From Leptospiraceae bacterium (lineage in GTDB: Bacteria > Spirochaetota > Leptospiria > Leptospirales > Leptonemataceae), in the NCBI GenBank assembly GCA_040217195.1, contig JAVJNR010000004.1, positions 480,001 through 544,000 on the forward strand: a stretch of DNA of 64,000 bases. The letters run 5' to 3'. The translations under genes and the position numbers were made by a program. The notes under the pieces were generated by a model. The model saw only the letters and a program-made list of their open reading frames with translations. It ran no database searches and was not told the origin of the DNA. Of this stretch, positions 1 to 9,968 are shown piece after piece (positions within the stretch are counted from its first letter, which is position 1; every line of letters begins with the position of its first letter).

Positions 1-134
1 GTATTGTCGCGGAAGGGGTGGAAACTGAAGAGCAGGCATCCATACTCAAAAAAGAAGGATGCAATATATTGCAGGGTTATTACTATTCCCGTCCATTGGC
101 CTTTGCAGATTTTCGCGCATTTCTTTCCAGATAA
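1..134 (+). CDS. C-terminal fragment of an EAL-domain (c-di-GMP phosphodiesterase) protein, truncated by the window edge
   Basis: Not in the ORF track. The frame starting at base 3 reads IVAEGVETEEQASILKKEGCNILQGYYYSRPL...SR* (TAA 132-134), with the EAL motifs AEGVET and QGYYYSRP. Confidence 0.9.
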   Translation, partial: IVAEGVETEEQASILKKEGCNILQGYYYSRPLAFADFRAFLSR

Positions 135-168
135 CTTCCCGGATTCTTTCAGGAGTCCTGAATCTGTA

Positions 169-897
169 TCAGGACAGTCCTTGCAGGCCAGACAATATTC
201 CTGAATAGAATTCCTGCTGTTCGAGTATTGTCGATTCAGTTCCTAACCAGGCCTGCCAATCGTTATCATGATGATCCGGTCGAAGCTCAGCAGCCATGCG
301 CAGAAAAGCCCTGTAATGGCCCACTTCGGATTCCAGCAGGTTGGAATACATGTCTGCCATATCTGCGATCAGCGAATCTCTGCTCTCTTCAGATTGTTTG
401 TTCTCTGAAACCTTTTGCTCACAACCACGGACAAGCTGAATGAATCGTTCGCAACTTCTAGCTTCTATTAATGCTGCCACATACAACCTGTCAGTAAGCT
501 CAGCTCTGCCAGCTCCTTTTCGCACCCGTGCATGCAGTTGACCTGCATAAGGATTTCTGTGGTTCCGGCTGACCTGAAATCCTCGTTTTAGCATGAAGTG
601 CGATACAAGTCTTAAATGCTCGGATTCATCGGCGGCGATGGAGGTGAAGGCGCGTACCCAGAAATCTGGTGGTTCTCCATGAGGCCAGCGAAACAATAAT
701 TCCAGTGCATTGGCAGCTGCCTTTTTCTCAAGATGTGCATGATCATTCAAGACAGACACTGGTTCGTTAAGTGCCTGCAGAGCCCATTGCGGCGGAGTGA
801 ATGATCGCAGAGGAAGTTCCTGCAACACTGAATTCAGATAGTCCGGCCCACTATCGGGTACAGATGAAAAATCTGAATGCAAATACTGGCGGGACAT
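169..897 (-). CDS. miaE: tRNA-(ms2io6A37) hydroxylase MiaE, ferritin-like di-iron enzyme
   Basis: Motifs DHAHLEKKAAANA, DESEH, NPYA, DRLYVAALIEARSCERF, ESEVGH. Start moved to ATG 897, just after the ubiD stop. Confidence 0.88.
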   Translation of the reverse strand: MSRQYLHSDFSSVPDSGPDYLNSVLQELPLRSFTPPQWALQALNEPVSVLNDHAHLEKKAAANALELLFRWPHGEPPDFWVRAFTSIAADESEHLRLVSHFMLKRGFQVSRNHRNPYAGQLHARVRKGAGRAELTDRLYVAALIEARSCERFIQLVRGCEQKVSENKQSEESRDSLIADMADMYSNLLESEVGHYRAFLRMAAELRPDHHDNDWQAWLGTESTILEQQEFYSGILSGLQGLS

Positions 898-913
898 CAC
901 TTCCGCCCCTGGT

Positions 914-2773
914 TTAGAAAATTCCATGCAAGGGCCCTCCCGGGGCTGCCAGTTCATCTACTCTTTGCACTACTTTCGGATCGGATTCAAGAGGAGGAGC
1001 ATGGTGGGGTTTTATTCGTGCATCTATGATAAGTGGGCCATGACAGCCCCAATGCTTGAACTCCACAAAGCTATCCACTCCATAGATATCATGGGAGGGA
1101 TTCGAACGAGTAAATGTAACCCATAGAAAGTTGTCCAGGTTTCGCGCCGTGAACTCCGAGTCGTCGCTGACTACAATCATTGGAAAGGATTGTAATTTTT
1201 CCTTCTGGCCGGACAGTCGATTACAAAGATCATCGATATGGATACGATCTGCCTCGGATCGAAACGCAGGTCCTTTGAAAGAGAGCACTCCAGGAAAGAT
1301 TACCCGTGGATCTGACATGGTTTCCGGAAGTTGAATTTCGGGTACATCGCTTCCCAGTTTTCTTTTTACTTCGCCGGCGGCTGCAATGACTACGCGAGAG
1401 CCCTGATTGATTCCCACCCCGCTGTAATCCAGGGTATCCATGGTAGTACTGGTTTGAAAATGGAGGTCCCGGCTCCAATCCACTCGAGACAGCATATGAC
1501 AGAAGAAATCCTCCATATGATGCGTATCCAAATCTGGATTATCCTGATAAGCCGCAATCCAGAGATACTTAGCAAGCGAGGCCTGACCAAAACCAAGGAT
1601 TGCATTTGCCACCGTCAGAATCTCAGCCGGTCTTCTCTCGGACTCGTATGGAGTGTATCGCTCTTCACCGATTGCTATCATCAATGGATGAACTCCGGCC
1701 TGATCTACAGCATGCATGGAGCGAAGACCTGGAATGGATACTGGTACCATGGGACCGGTGAGCTCATGGATCATGGAGCCAAAGATAGTGTCCTCCTGAG
1801 GTGGCCGTCCCACAACAGTGAATGGCCAGATAGCATTCTTGCGATGATATACAGAAGTTATGCGAAGTGCTGGAAAGTCATGGGTAAGGCTGTAGTAACC
1901 CAGGTGATCTCCAAAAGGCCCTTCCGGCAGTAGTTGTGGATCCACAATGCCGGTAATGCAGAAATCAGCATCCGCAGAGACCACAGATCGAACCCTGGAT
2001 TCGGAATCCTTATCTCTGTGGCGATCCACTGAATAGCGAAAGGCTCTACCTGCCAGAGCCCCTGCGAAAGCAACCTCCGGCAATCCCTCCGGAAGCGGCA
2101 TTACAGCAGAAAATGTATGAGCAGGAGGACCGCCAACAAAGATGCTCACTGGAAACGGTCTTCCCTTTTCTATTGCACGACTGTGATGTACTCCTATGCC
2201 TCGATGGATCTGATAATGCAGCCCGATTTGCTCATTGGTTCTGTACTGATTGCCGGCCATTTGCACTCTGTACATACCCAGATTGGATTTCATCACACCT
2301 GGTTTGAATGCATCTTCGGTATACACCTGAGGCAGAGTAATAAAGGGTCCACCATCGTCTGGCCAGGATTTGATAAAAGGCAATCGATCGATGGTTGTGC
2401 GACGATAGCGCACCGCCCCTCCTGGCACTCTTCGAGGAAGTGCATTGAAGCCCGCGCGCATGGCATAATAAAGATTCATGGGATTCTTGAATGCGCTGGT
2501 AGGATCCGCCTTGAGTCCTATAAGGGATTGGACTCGGCGAATGGTTTTGCGAAATATGAACCTTGCCCGATCCATGGTACCAAAAAGGTTGGACACGGCA
2601 GGGAAATCCGATCCTCGAACCCGTTCGAAAAGTATGGCAGGACCACCGGCAGCAAATACACGACGGTGTATCTCCGCCATCTCAAGATCCGGGTCCACTT
2701 CCTGTTTTATGCGAATTAGATGAGAATTCTTTTCTAGATCCTTAACACAATCGCGAATACTTTTATAGGCCAT
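914..2773 (-). CDS. UbiD-family prFMN-dependent decarboxylase (long form, probably menaquinone/futalosine pathway)
   Basis: WPDDGGPFITLP, NLGMYR, EGPFGDHLGYYS, VVGRPPQED motifs. 619 aa with the C-terminal extension. Confidence 0.9.
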   Translation of the reverse strand: MAYKSIRDCVKDLEKNSHLIRIKQEVDPDLEMAEIHRRVFAAGGPAILFERVRGSDFPAVSNLFGTMDRARFIFRKTIRRVQSLIGLKADPTSAFKNPMNLYYAMRAGFNALPRRVPGGAVRYRRTTIDRLPFIKSWPDDGGPFITLPQVYTEDAFKPGVMKSNLGMYRVQMAGNQYRTNEQIGLHYQIHRGIGVHHSRAIEKGRPFPVSIFVGGPPAHTFSAVMPLPEGLPEVAFAGALAGRAFRYSVDRHRDKDSESRVRSVVSADADFCITGIVDPQLLPEGPFGDHLGYYSLTHDFPALRITSVYHRKNAIWPFTVVGRPPQEDTIFGSMIHELTGPMVPVSIPGLRSMHAVDQAGVHPLMIAIGEERYTPYESERRPAEILTVANAILGFGQASLAKYLWIAAYQDNPDLDTHHMEDFFCHMLSRVDWSRDLHFQTSTTMDTLDYSGVGINQGSRVVIAAAGEVKRKLGSDVPEIQLPETMSDPRVIFPGVLSFKGPAFRSEADRIHIDDLCNRLSGQKEKLQSFPMIVVSDDSEFTARNLDNFLWVTFTRSNPSHDIYGVDSFVEFKHWGCHGPLIIDARIKPHHAPPLESDPKVVQRVDELAAPGGPLHGIF

Positions 2774-2807
2774 GTAGGAAGTTAGAGAAAGCCGGTGGCC
2801 TCAGCAA
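2774..2807 (-). promoter_or_regulatory. Candidate sigma70 promoter giving a leaderless ubiD-miaE transcript
   Basis: Minus strand reads TTGCTG-17 nt-TAACTT-CCTAC-ATG, with no Shine-Dalgarno. Confidence 0.4.
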
Positions 2808-2880
2808 GCAAGTGAAATCCCAGCACCGCTGAATTCAGTGGAATAAATCCTGACAGCAATGCGGTATCTCCGTCCAGGCC

Positions 2881-3567
2881 TCAGAAGAAACGCTTCAGCG
2901 CTTCCACAGCATAGTTTCTATACATAGAATCCTCTATAGCATGATCTGGCTTGGGATGACTCCCTACCAGATACTCCAGATGTTCCCTGGCATTATCCTT
3001 CTTGCCCATATCCAGATAAAGTTCCGCAAGAAAGGATCGGTTGTTGAAGAATTCAGGTGCCAGCTCCACCGCTCTTTCAAGGTGCTCTGCGGCTTTATTT
3101 TTGTTTCCTACGGAAATTGGCCAGCCCGGCGCCTGGTGAAACAAGCGGCCCAGGGCTCTATGCGGTCCGGCAAAAAAGAAGTTTTCATTCTCCTTTAGAA
3201 CCACTTCCATAGATTTTTTGAACGGGTCAATACTGGCTAGTGAAGCCATTATTCCCTGACAGATTCCCAGCTGACCTGCATTGGAGGCGTACCAGAAATT
3301 GCCATAGATAGCCCTTGGATTCATATTTATGGCTTCTTTGCCAAAATTGGTTCCATGTTCATAGAAGAGTTCTCGTTTCTGATCATCTTTAGTAAAAAGC
3401 CCTCTGTAGAAGTACACGCTACTTAATTTACCACATATCAAATCTTCATCGGGATGCTCGGCCCTTAAGGAGAGCAGCGCCTTTTCTGCTTTCTCCAGGT
3501 TTCCTTCACTTTCCCGCTGGTCGATCCAGTGATTAATGTCTGTAAGCTTTCCCTTGATTTCACTCAT
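2881..3567 (-). CDS. TPR protein of the TatT/BstC-like lipid-binding type, no signal peptide
   Basis: All-helical TPR pattern with AGPHRALGRLFHQAPGWPISVGNKNKAAEHLERAVELAP. Confidence 0.65.
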   Translation of the reverse strand: MSEIKGKLTDINHWIDQRESEGNLEKAEKALLSLRAEHPDEDLICGKLSSVYFYRGLFTKDDQKRELFYEHGTNFGKEAINMNPRAIYGNFWYASNAGQLGICQGIMASLASIDPFKKSMEVVLKENENFFFAGPHRALGRLFHQAPGWPISVGNKNKAAEHLERAVELAPEFFNNRSFLAELYLDMGKKDNAREHLEYLVGSHPKPDHAIEDSMYRNYAVEALKRFF

Positions 3568-3640
3568 CGAATTCTCCCTTTCTCTGGTACTTTCCTGTTT
3601 TTGAATTACTATGCGAAAGCGGTTAGACTTAATCAGAGAT

Positions 3641-4924
3641 TCAGTCTATGGCATCTTCGCCCACATCAAATGGTTCAACGATGGACGATGTTAGATCTTC
3701 CATTCCATGAAGTAGTCCTGCAATATCCTTTCTTATTCTCTCAGTGACCTTTTCTACAGTGGCCTTTTTATTTTTCTTGTAATCTCCCATATAGTCAGCC
3801 AGATCAAAAGCTGGAGCAAATCGCACATGCGCCGTTCGTGGCAGTATGGAGGGCTCCCCTCCGATCATTCGGGGCTTCCTCCTGTAAACATAGGTCTCAA
3901 ACCTGGTAAGCCATTCAAAGAATCGTTCCGGGGTAGGATTGGAGATAAGATAATCTTTCTTGATTACGATGAAGTCAAAAGCGGCGAGAATTTCACGCAG
4001 CATCCAGTCTCTATCATCTTCGCTCAAATCCGGAACAGAGGGATCCGGATAATTCAATACGATGAGCTCATAAGCAGAGATTACCTGCCGGAGTTTCTGA
4101 ATGGCATCGCCGCCGGCATCAAAGTTTTTCAGGTTAAATCTTTCAGCAATACCGTCCAGGATCTTATGTCTTAGCCTACCAATACGATAATCAAACCCCC
4201 GGGAAGATTCTAGAGGGATCTGGTATTCCTGTTCTGCTTTTTCCAGAAGAACTCGGCCTACGGTCAAGAAGCGACGGAGTAGATTCTTAGGACCAGGATC
4301 AATTTTGAGGATTTTTTCCAGCTTTCCAATATGCGTATGAAGAGTTTTATGAACTTCGTTCGCATTACTGCGAATGGTATATTTTACCGCAGCAGGTAGT
4401 ATGACCAGAGAAGCATTGGGATCATCTTTCCTTGCATCGTCCAGCCCCCAGAAACCTAGTTGTACAGCGCCAGGTTGAAAAGGCATAAGCGAATCGTTCT
4501 CCCCGCTGGTGGGCTCCCCCTCTGGATAAATAACAAGTTTTCCTTTATCCTTTCTCAGTATCTCTCTAGACATTTTCAGGGATTCCCGGTCTGCAATACC
4601 TGCGATGACCGAATAAGCTCCTACCTGACGAATCACTTCGCCGATCAGACCTCCCGTCCAATCAAACACCTGCCTGGAGGCCATGAAATTGAAGCGCGAC
4701 CCCATAACCCTGGAAATAGCCAGAGTAACTGGCGGTTCCGCCGTAGATGGATGGTTTAGAGCCATGAGAATCCGTTTGTCCCGGAGGCTGCGGAGCTTTT
4801 CCCGATCGCCGGGAAGAATATCTATTTGTTCTATATTCTGTAGTATCTTTAGTATTGGCCATTCAAGGAGATCGGCAGCCCATAATAGAGGAAGGTTGAA
4901 AGACGGACCTATAAAGGCTTGCAT
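3641..4924 (-). CDS. Glycerolipid (1-acyl-sn-glycerol-3-phosphate-type) acyltransferase
   Basis: NHPSTAE (HX4D-like motif with Glu), FMASRQVF, IYPEGE, LPAAVKY. Confidence 0.85.
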   Translation of the reverse strand: MQAFIGPSFNLPLLWAADLLEWPILKILQNIEQIDILPGDREKLRSLRDKRILMALNHPSTAEPPVTLAISRVMGSRFNFMASRQVFDWTGGLIGEVIRQVGAYSVIAGIADRESLKMSREILRKDKGKLVIYPEGEPTSGENDSLMPFQPGAVQLGFWGLDDARKDDPNASLVILPAAVKYTIRSNANEVHKTLHTHIGKLEKILKIDPGPKNLLRRFLTVGRVLLEKAEQEYQIPLESSRGFDYRIGRLRHKILDGIAERFNLKNFDAGGDAIQKLRQVISAYELIVLNYPDPSVPDLSEDDRDWMLREILAAFDFIVIKKDYLISNPTPERFFEWLTRFETYVYRRKPRMIGGEPSILPRTAHVRFAPAFDLADYMGDYKKNKKATVEKVTERIRKDIAGLLHGMEDLTSSIVEPFDVGEDAID

Positions 4925-4946
4925 GAATCACTCCTGAAAATCGTAT

Positions 4947-5444
4947 GTGTATGTAGGGTTCGCTACACTGGAAAAAACCTCCAGGGCGAACCACAGAGGC
5001 ATGTTTCTAGTCGCGAACCAGGAACTGTCAATCCGAAATACCGGCAGTAGAAGATGCTACGGCAACAGGGCCGATAGTCCATCAAAGGAGGAAGTTCTGT
5101 CACAGGAAAAAAGACAATATCCGAGGCTTCCGTTTAGACGGCAGCTCACTATTTTTGCTGAGTCTCCGCAGCTGAAAAAGACCATCGAATACGACGCCAC
5201 TGGAATCAATATTTCCCGGGGGGGTATCCTTCTGGAAAGTCGTGCGGACTTTGCAGAAAGTACCCGGTGCTCCATTATGTTTCATGACTTGAACGATGCG
5301 AATGTAACAAGAACTGGTTTAATTCGCAGAGTGGAGACCCCGGAAGGGATGCCCCTTCCAGATGCCGTTAGAATGTACGGAATTGAATTTGATGAACTGG
5401 TTTCCCAGGAAGCTCTGGCTACCATGGTTGGCCACAAAGAATAA
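4947..5444 (+). CDS. Single-domain PilZ c-di-GMP receptor; true start probably 5001 (ATG) or 5097 (CTG)
   Basis: RQYPR (RxxxR), NISRGG (D/NxSxxG) and C-terminal YGIEF. Confidence 0.85.
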   Translation: MYVGFATLEKTSRANHRGMFLVANQELSIRNTGSRRCYGNRADSPSKEEVLSQEKRQYPRLPFRRQLTIFAESPQLKKTIEYDATGINISRGGILLESRADFAESTRCSIMFHDLNDANVTRTGLIRRVETPEGMPLPDAVRMYGIEFDELVSQEALATMVGHKE

Positions 5445-5507
5445 GCCTTCCCGGCGCTCGGTTCGCAGGCGGGAAATCATCAAAATGAACGGCGGTCAGG
5501 TAGGCCT

Positions 5508-6863
5508 TCAGTTAGGATTGCCGATTTCCTTTCCGCCCAGAAAATCCCGTATCATCAGTGCGGAGTCTTTGGGATAACGCTGCTGGGTTTTGTAATCCAC
5601 ATAAACCAGTCCAAAGCGCGGCCTGTAGCCTTCAGCCCATTCGAAGTTATCCATGTAGCTCCAGACAAAGTATCCCTTGATTTTGTCCGAAATACGCGAA
5701 GCCCTCAATGTTGCATCCATGTAGTCCTGAAGATATTTCTGACGCTCCAGATCAGCTACACGACCCTGCTTCAATAGATCGGGAAAGGCAGCACCGCTTT
5801 CCGTAACATAGATTTTCTTGATTTCCGGATAATCTGCAAACTGGAGAAGAAGCTTATACATTGAATCCGGGTAGATTTCCCAGCCCATTTCAGTAGTTTT
5901 CTCCACTCGCCTGGAAGGTTCGATTGTCTTGAACCATAGTACTGGCTGGAAAGGCCAGAACTTCACCACATCATGGATATAGTTCTGTACTCCCACAAAG
6001 TCAAAATCAAAGGCAAGTTTTTCCTCATCACCAGCTTTCGCATATTTCCAGATCTTTTTCAATCCGGGAATATCGTCTACAGGATAGCCGCGACCACAGA
6101 CCGGATCCAGAAAAAATCGGTTAAAGACTGCATCGTATCTTCTTACCGCATTTCTATGTAGTTTTGTATCTCGATAGGGGGTCGGGTAGGCGCAGGAGAA
6201 GGTAGTACCAATTTCCGCGTCTCCGGGAAGATTGGCCCGGGCAATGCGACCGCCTTCGGCCTGGGCCAGGGTAGTATGATGCGCCGCGGGAAGGAAATTT
6301 CGTAACCCCTTTCGACCCGGTGCATGTATGCCTGCAAAATGACCGACCGCGGTAAATACAAAAGGCTCATTTAGCACCATCCAGTGCTTAACAGAATCTC
6401 TGTATTCTCTGGTAATCAAATCCGCGTAGTCGCAAAATGCATGGTAGGTATCGCGGTTGGTCCAACCTCCTCGACTTTCCAGCGCTGAAGGCAGGTCCCA
6501 GTGATACATTGTAACATAGGGCTCAATGTGGCGCTTATGGCAGGCCTCAATTAAACGATGATAAAAATCCAGGCCTTTCTGATTCTTCGCACCTACACCA
6601 TAGGGTAGGATTCTTGGCCAGGAAAATGAAAATCGATAGTGCTTCAGTCCCAGATCTTTCATCAAATCAAGGTCACTTTCGAATCTATGATAGTGATCGC
6701 AGGCTTCGGCCCCGGATTCTCCACCGGATATTTTTCCTGGAGTATTGCAGAAATCATCCCAGATGGAAGGACCCTTTCCATCCTCCTGGGCAGCTCCTTC
6801 GATTTGATAGGCAGCCGTTGCTGTGCCAAAAATAAAATCTTCCGGGAAATCCGATCGCTTCAT
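5508..6863 (-). CDS. GH1 beta-glucosidase
   Basis: FGTATAAYQIEGA, YRFSFSWPRI, LNEP acid/base, VTESG nucleophile, WSYMDNFEWAEGY. Confidence 0.95.
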   Translation of the reverse strand: MKRSDFPEDFIFGTATAAYQIEGAAQEDGKGPSIWDDFCNTPGKISGGESGAEACDHYHRFESDLDLMKDLGLKHYRFSFSWPRILPYGVGAKNQKGLDFYHRLIEACHKRHIEPYVTMYHWDLPSALESRGGWTNRDTYHAFCDYADLITREYRDSVKHWMVLNEPFVFTAVGHFAGIHAPGRKGLRNFLPAAHHTTLAQAEGGRIARANLPGDAEIGTTFSCAYPTPYRDTKLHRNAVRRYDAVFNRFFLDPVCGRGYPVDDIPGLKKIWKYAKAGDEEKLAFDFDFVGVQNYIHDVVKFWPFQPVLWFKTIEPSRRVEKTTEMGWEIYPDSMYKLLLQFADYPEIKKIYVTESGAAFPDLLKQGRVADLERQKYLQDYMDATLRASRISDKIKGYFVWSYMDNFEWAEGYRPRFGLVYVDYKTQQRYPKDSALMIRDFLGGKEIGNPN

Positions 6864-6948
6864 GGACCCTTAAACGTAGCCTTTCTGGCCCCATGACAAG
6901 AAGAAAAAGTACCTGACCACAGGGGCGGCCTATAAAAACTCACCTGCA

Positions 6949-7887
6949 ATGAAATTCAGAAGTGCATTTATGATTCTGCTTATGGCCGGGCTTTCCTGCA
7001 CCAGCGCTGCAAAGGAAGAGACCCCACCCGAGCCAGAACAATCCGGCCCTCTCCGAGGTATTTACCTGGATGTAAATCGCGGCCGGAACCTGGACCTGGT
7101 CCGAGGACTGATTGAGCGTGGCAAGCCCGTTGGATTGAACTATGTAGTGGTGGATGTTCAACCCTATGCCTCCTATCGATTCCTCCTGAATCCAGAGGTG
7201 ATGCAATACCTGAAATCCCAGGGCATCTATGTAACCGGGCGCGTGGTCTGTTTTCAGGATGGGCTGACCAGAAAAGCCAGCGATGCGAAATTAAAGCAAC
7301 TGTACGAACTGATCGAAAAGACGGCGGCCGCTGGATTCGATGAAGTGCAACTGGATTACATTCGATTTGCAGATGACTACACTCCCTATTCGCGCCAGCA
7401 GAAGTACGATTACATTGAAGAAATTCTAAAAGAGGCTCGAGCCATCACTGACAGACATAATGCCAAACTGGGAGCCGATGTCTTTGGTCGAGTTGTATAT
7501 AACCGGGATGACTTGATTGGCCAGAAACTGGAAAACTTTGCCAAATATGTAGATGTAATCTATCCCATGTTATACCCCAGCCATTTTACCGGGGATAGAA
7601 AAAGACTATCCAATCCTGGATTTACGATCCATGAAGGAACCACAAAGGGCCTGGATCGATTGAAAGGTACTCGCAGTACCGTGCAACCCTTCATTCAAGC
7701 CTTCGGATACAATGTTGGCTATGCTCGAATGTCTTACAAGGATTACATCATTGATCAAATTCTGGCCGCAGAGAAAACCGATGCTAGAGGTTGGGTAGCA
7801 TGGAATGCAAGAGCGGAATACGAAACCCTCTTTCAAGCGCTGGAAGAAATAGAAAAAGGTCAAGTAAACTCTTCGCCAGAAGGGTAG
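6949..7887 (+). CDS. Lipoprotein, putative glycoside hydrolase (DUF4015-like TIM barrel)
   Basis: Lipobox LSC; GRVVCFQD, GFDEVQLDYIRF, ADVFG, IGQ, PMLYPSH. Confidence 0.75.
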   Translation: MKFRSAFMILLMAGLSCTSAAKEETPPEPEQSGPLRGIYLDVNRGRNLDLVRGLIERGKPVGLNYVVVDVQPYASYRFLLNPEVMQYLKSQGIYVTGRVVCFQDGLTRKASDAKLKQLYELIEKTAAAGFDEVQLDYIRFADDYTPYSRQQKYDYIEEILKEARAITDRHNAKLGADVFGRVVYNRDDLIGQKLENFAKYVDVIYPMLYPSHFTGDRKRLSNPGFTIHEGTTKGLDRLKGTRSTVQPFIQAFGYNVGYARMSYKDYIIDQILAAEKTDARGWVAWNARAEYETLFQALEEIEKGQVNSSPEG

Positions 7888-9968
7888 TACTACTTTTGTT
7901 TGCCGCCCTCCCCTGGGCGGTCCTATCCTGTAACTCACCGCACTTTGCCGGAGCCGGTCCCATTTTTCTGGACGACCAGGTAGAGTATCTCCGGGCCGCC
8001 ACCGCATTTCGCTACACCCTGCTGCCTGAAAGCGCCAGCGTTAAAGATGCACTGGCAGATGAGAATTATCAGCCCATCCGATCGGCCTATCCGAACTTTG
8101 GAATCCAGACCGAGACTCTGTGGCTGAGTGCAGAAGTTCACATAGAAACAGATCATCCATTTATTCTAGAGGTAGCATCGCCCCGCTTACGTAAGATAGA
8201 ATTTTTTCAGATCCAGGATGGCAGGATTCTATCCACCGCCAGCGGTACCGAAGCTTCACTGAGAGATCATCCATATTTTCGATTTCCACTGCTAAAAACC
8301 GGAAATGCCAGCCGGGTCTTGATTCGCCTGATTTCTGACGATACTCTTACACTTCCTGTCTATCTCTGGAAAGATGATAAGATGCAGAAAGTGGATTTGC
8401 TTCGCCACTTTGGCTTTGGGGCTTTCTTCGGATTGATGCTTTCACTTAGTATTTACAACTTCTTCATCTTCTTCTCCACCGGCGACCGGGCCTATTTGTA
8501 CTATGTTTTATACATCCTGGGCTTTGGGATTTTCCTATCCGTATTATACGGCTATCAATCATATTTCTTTCCTCTGTCCAGTTATCGATACCAGGCCATG
8601 ATGGCCCCTGTATTTAGCGTAATTACATCCATGTTTGCGCTACTGTTCAGTCAGGGGTTCCTGCTGATTCGCAGCTACTCCCGCATTTTATTTCGTACAG
8701 GCCTGGTGATTCTGACCATTGGGGCATTGTTGCTCTTAATTATACCGTTTCTACATGCCAGCCTATCTATTGTTCTGGCCAACATCTATCCGGTGCTTTC
8801 AGTCATTCTTGTAACAACCAACATTGCCTACTCCTGGAAATCTGGCTTCAGACCTGCCCGGTATTTTGCCCTGGCCTGGTCATTTCTGCTGATTAGTGTT
8901 GTATATTTTGTTCTCGGAAACATGGGCGTGGTCCCCGGAAGCTTTCTAAGTCATTACGGAAGTATATTTGGAGCCTCTCTGGAGGCCACCCTGCTAAGTC
9001 TGGCCCTTGGATATAGAATTAACGATTTGCGCGAAAGACAGGAAGCAGCCCAGAAACAGATACTCGAAGAACAGCAAAAAGCCCTGGCATTGCAGCAGCA
9101 GTATACGGAAAGCTTCCGACGATTTGTTCCGGATCAGTTTTTGCATTATCTGAAGAAAGAAAGCATCCTGGAAGTGGCTCGCGGAGACTCCATCCAAAGT
9201 GAAATGACCGTACTATTTTCCGATTTGAGGGATTTCACCGAATTCTCCGAACAGGCCGGCGAAGAGCTGGTATTCCATTTTCTAAATCTTTACCTGGAAC
9301 AAATGCAACCTATCATCCAGAAGCATGGGGGTTTCATAGATAAGTTCATTGGAGATGCCATCATGGCTCTATTCCCGGATCCCCAAAAAGCGGTTCTTGC
9401 TTCGGTAGATATGGTAAAAGAATTACGGTCAATGCAATCCAGCTCATCGTCCCAGGATGATAGAACCCTCAACAATACTCTTATGGAATCAGGATGTGGT
9501 CTGCACCATGGTTCATTGATGCTGGGAACCGTTGGCTCAAGCGACAGACTGGAAACCACAGTCATTGGCGATACAGTGAATATGGCCAGCCGGCTGGAAT
9601 CTTTGAACAAATCCCTGGGTACAAAGATTCTGATTTCCAGAACTGTTCAGTCAGGTATTGCCCCGGATTCGACCCTGCACGGTGTAATGAGGCAAATAGG
9701 CACCTGGCATATCCGAGGAAAGGCGGAGGCTCAGGCATTATTTGAAGTGTACGGTGCTGATCCAGAGTTGCTGCAGGATTTTAAAACCAGCAGCCGGGAC
9801 GAAGTGGAGTCTGTGGCATCGATGCTGCCGCAAAGCAAGAATGATCCGGGGCTCAAAAGGGCCCTTAAAGAAAGACTGGAGGCCCATCTAGATACAGTGC
9901 CAGAAGGCTATCAAGATGGAGCAGCCAGGTACTTGATGAAACAGTTGGAGCCGCCATCGGGAAGCTAA
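7791..9968 (+). CDS. 7TM-DISM sensor class III adenylate cyclase (start uncertain, likely nearer 7880)
   Basis: DISMED2-like NFG...LWL region, seven hydrophobic segments, then LFSDLRDFT, IDKFIGDAIM, ETTVIGDTVNMASRLE. Confidence 0.88.
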   Translation: MGSMECKSGIRNPLSSAGRNRKRSSKLFARRVVLLLFAALPWAVLSCNSPHFAGAGPIFLDDQVEYLRAATAFRYTLLPESASVKDALADENYQPIRSAYPNFGIQTETLWLSAEVHIETDHPFILEVASPRLRKIEFFQIQDGRILSTASGTEASLRDHPYFRFPLLKTGNASRVLIRLISDDTLTLPVYLWKDDKMQKVDLLRHFGFGAFFGLMLSLSIYNFFIFFSTGDRAYLYYVLYILGFGIFLSVLYGYQSYFFPLSSYRYQAMMAPVFSVITSMFALLFSQGFLLIRSYSRILFRTGLVILTIGALLLLIIPFLHASLSIVLANIYPVLSVILVTTNIAYSWKSGFRPARYFALAWSFLLISVVYFVLGNMGVVPGSFLSHYGSIFGASLEATLLSLALGYRINDLRERQEAAQKQILEEQQKALALQQQYTESFRRFVPDQFLHYLKKESILEVARGDSIQSEMTVLFSDLRDFTEFSEQAGEELVFHFLNLYLEQMQPIIQKHGGFIDKFIGDAIMALFPDPQKAVLASVDMVKELRSMQSSSSSQDDRTLNNTLMESGCGLHHGSLMLGTVGSSDRLETTVIGDTVNMASRLESLNKSLGTKILISRTVQSGIAPDSTLHGVMRQIGTWHIRGKAEAQALFEVYGADPELLQDFKTSSRDEVESVASMLPQSKNDPGLKRALKERLEAHLDTVPEGYQDGAARYLMKQLEPPSGS

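Noticed and set aside
60..73. Perfect palindrome TGCAATATATTGCA as a possible operator
   Set aside because: It lies inside the EAL coding frame (GCNILQ), so it is most likely incidental.
4..204. 66 aa ORF from the track
   Set aside because: Wrong frame; the real gene is the EAL C-terminus in the frame ending at 134.
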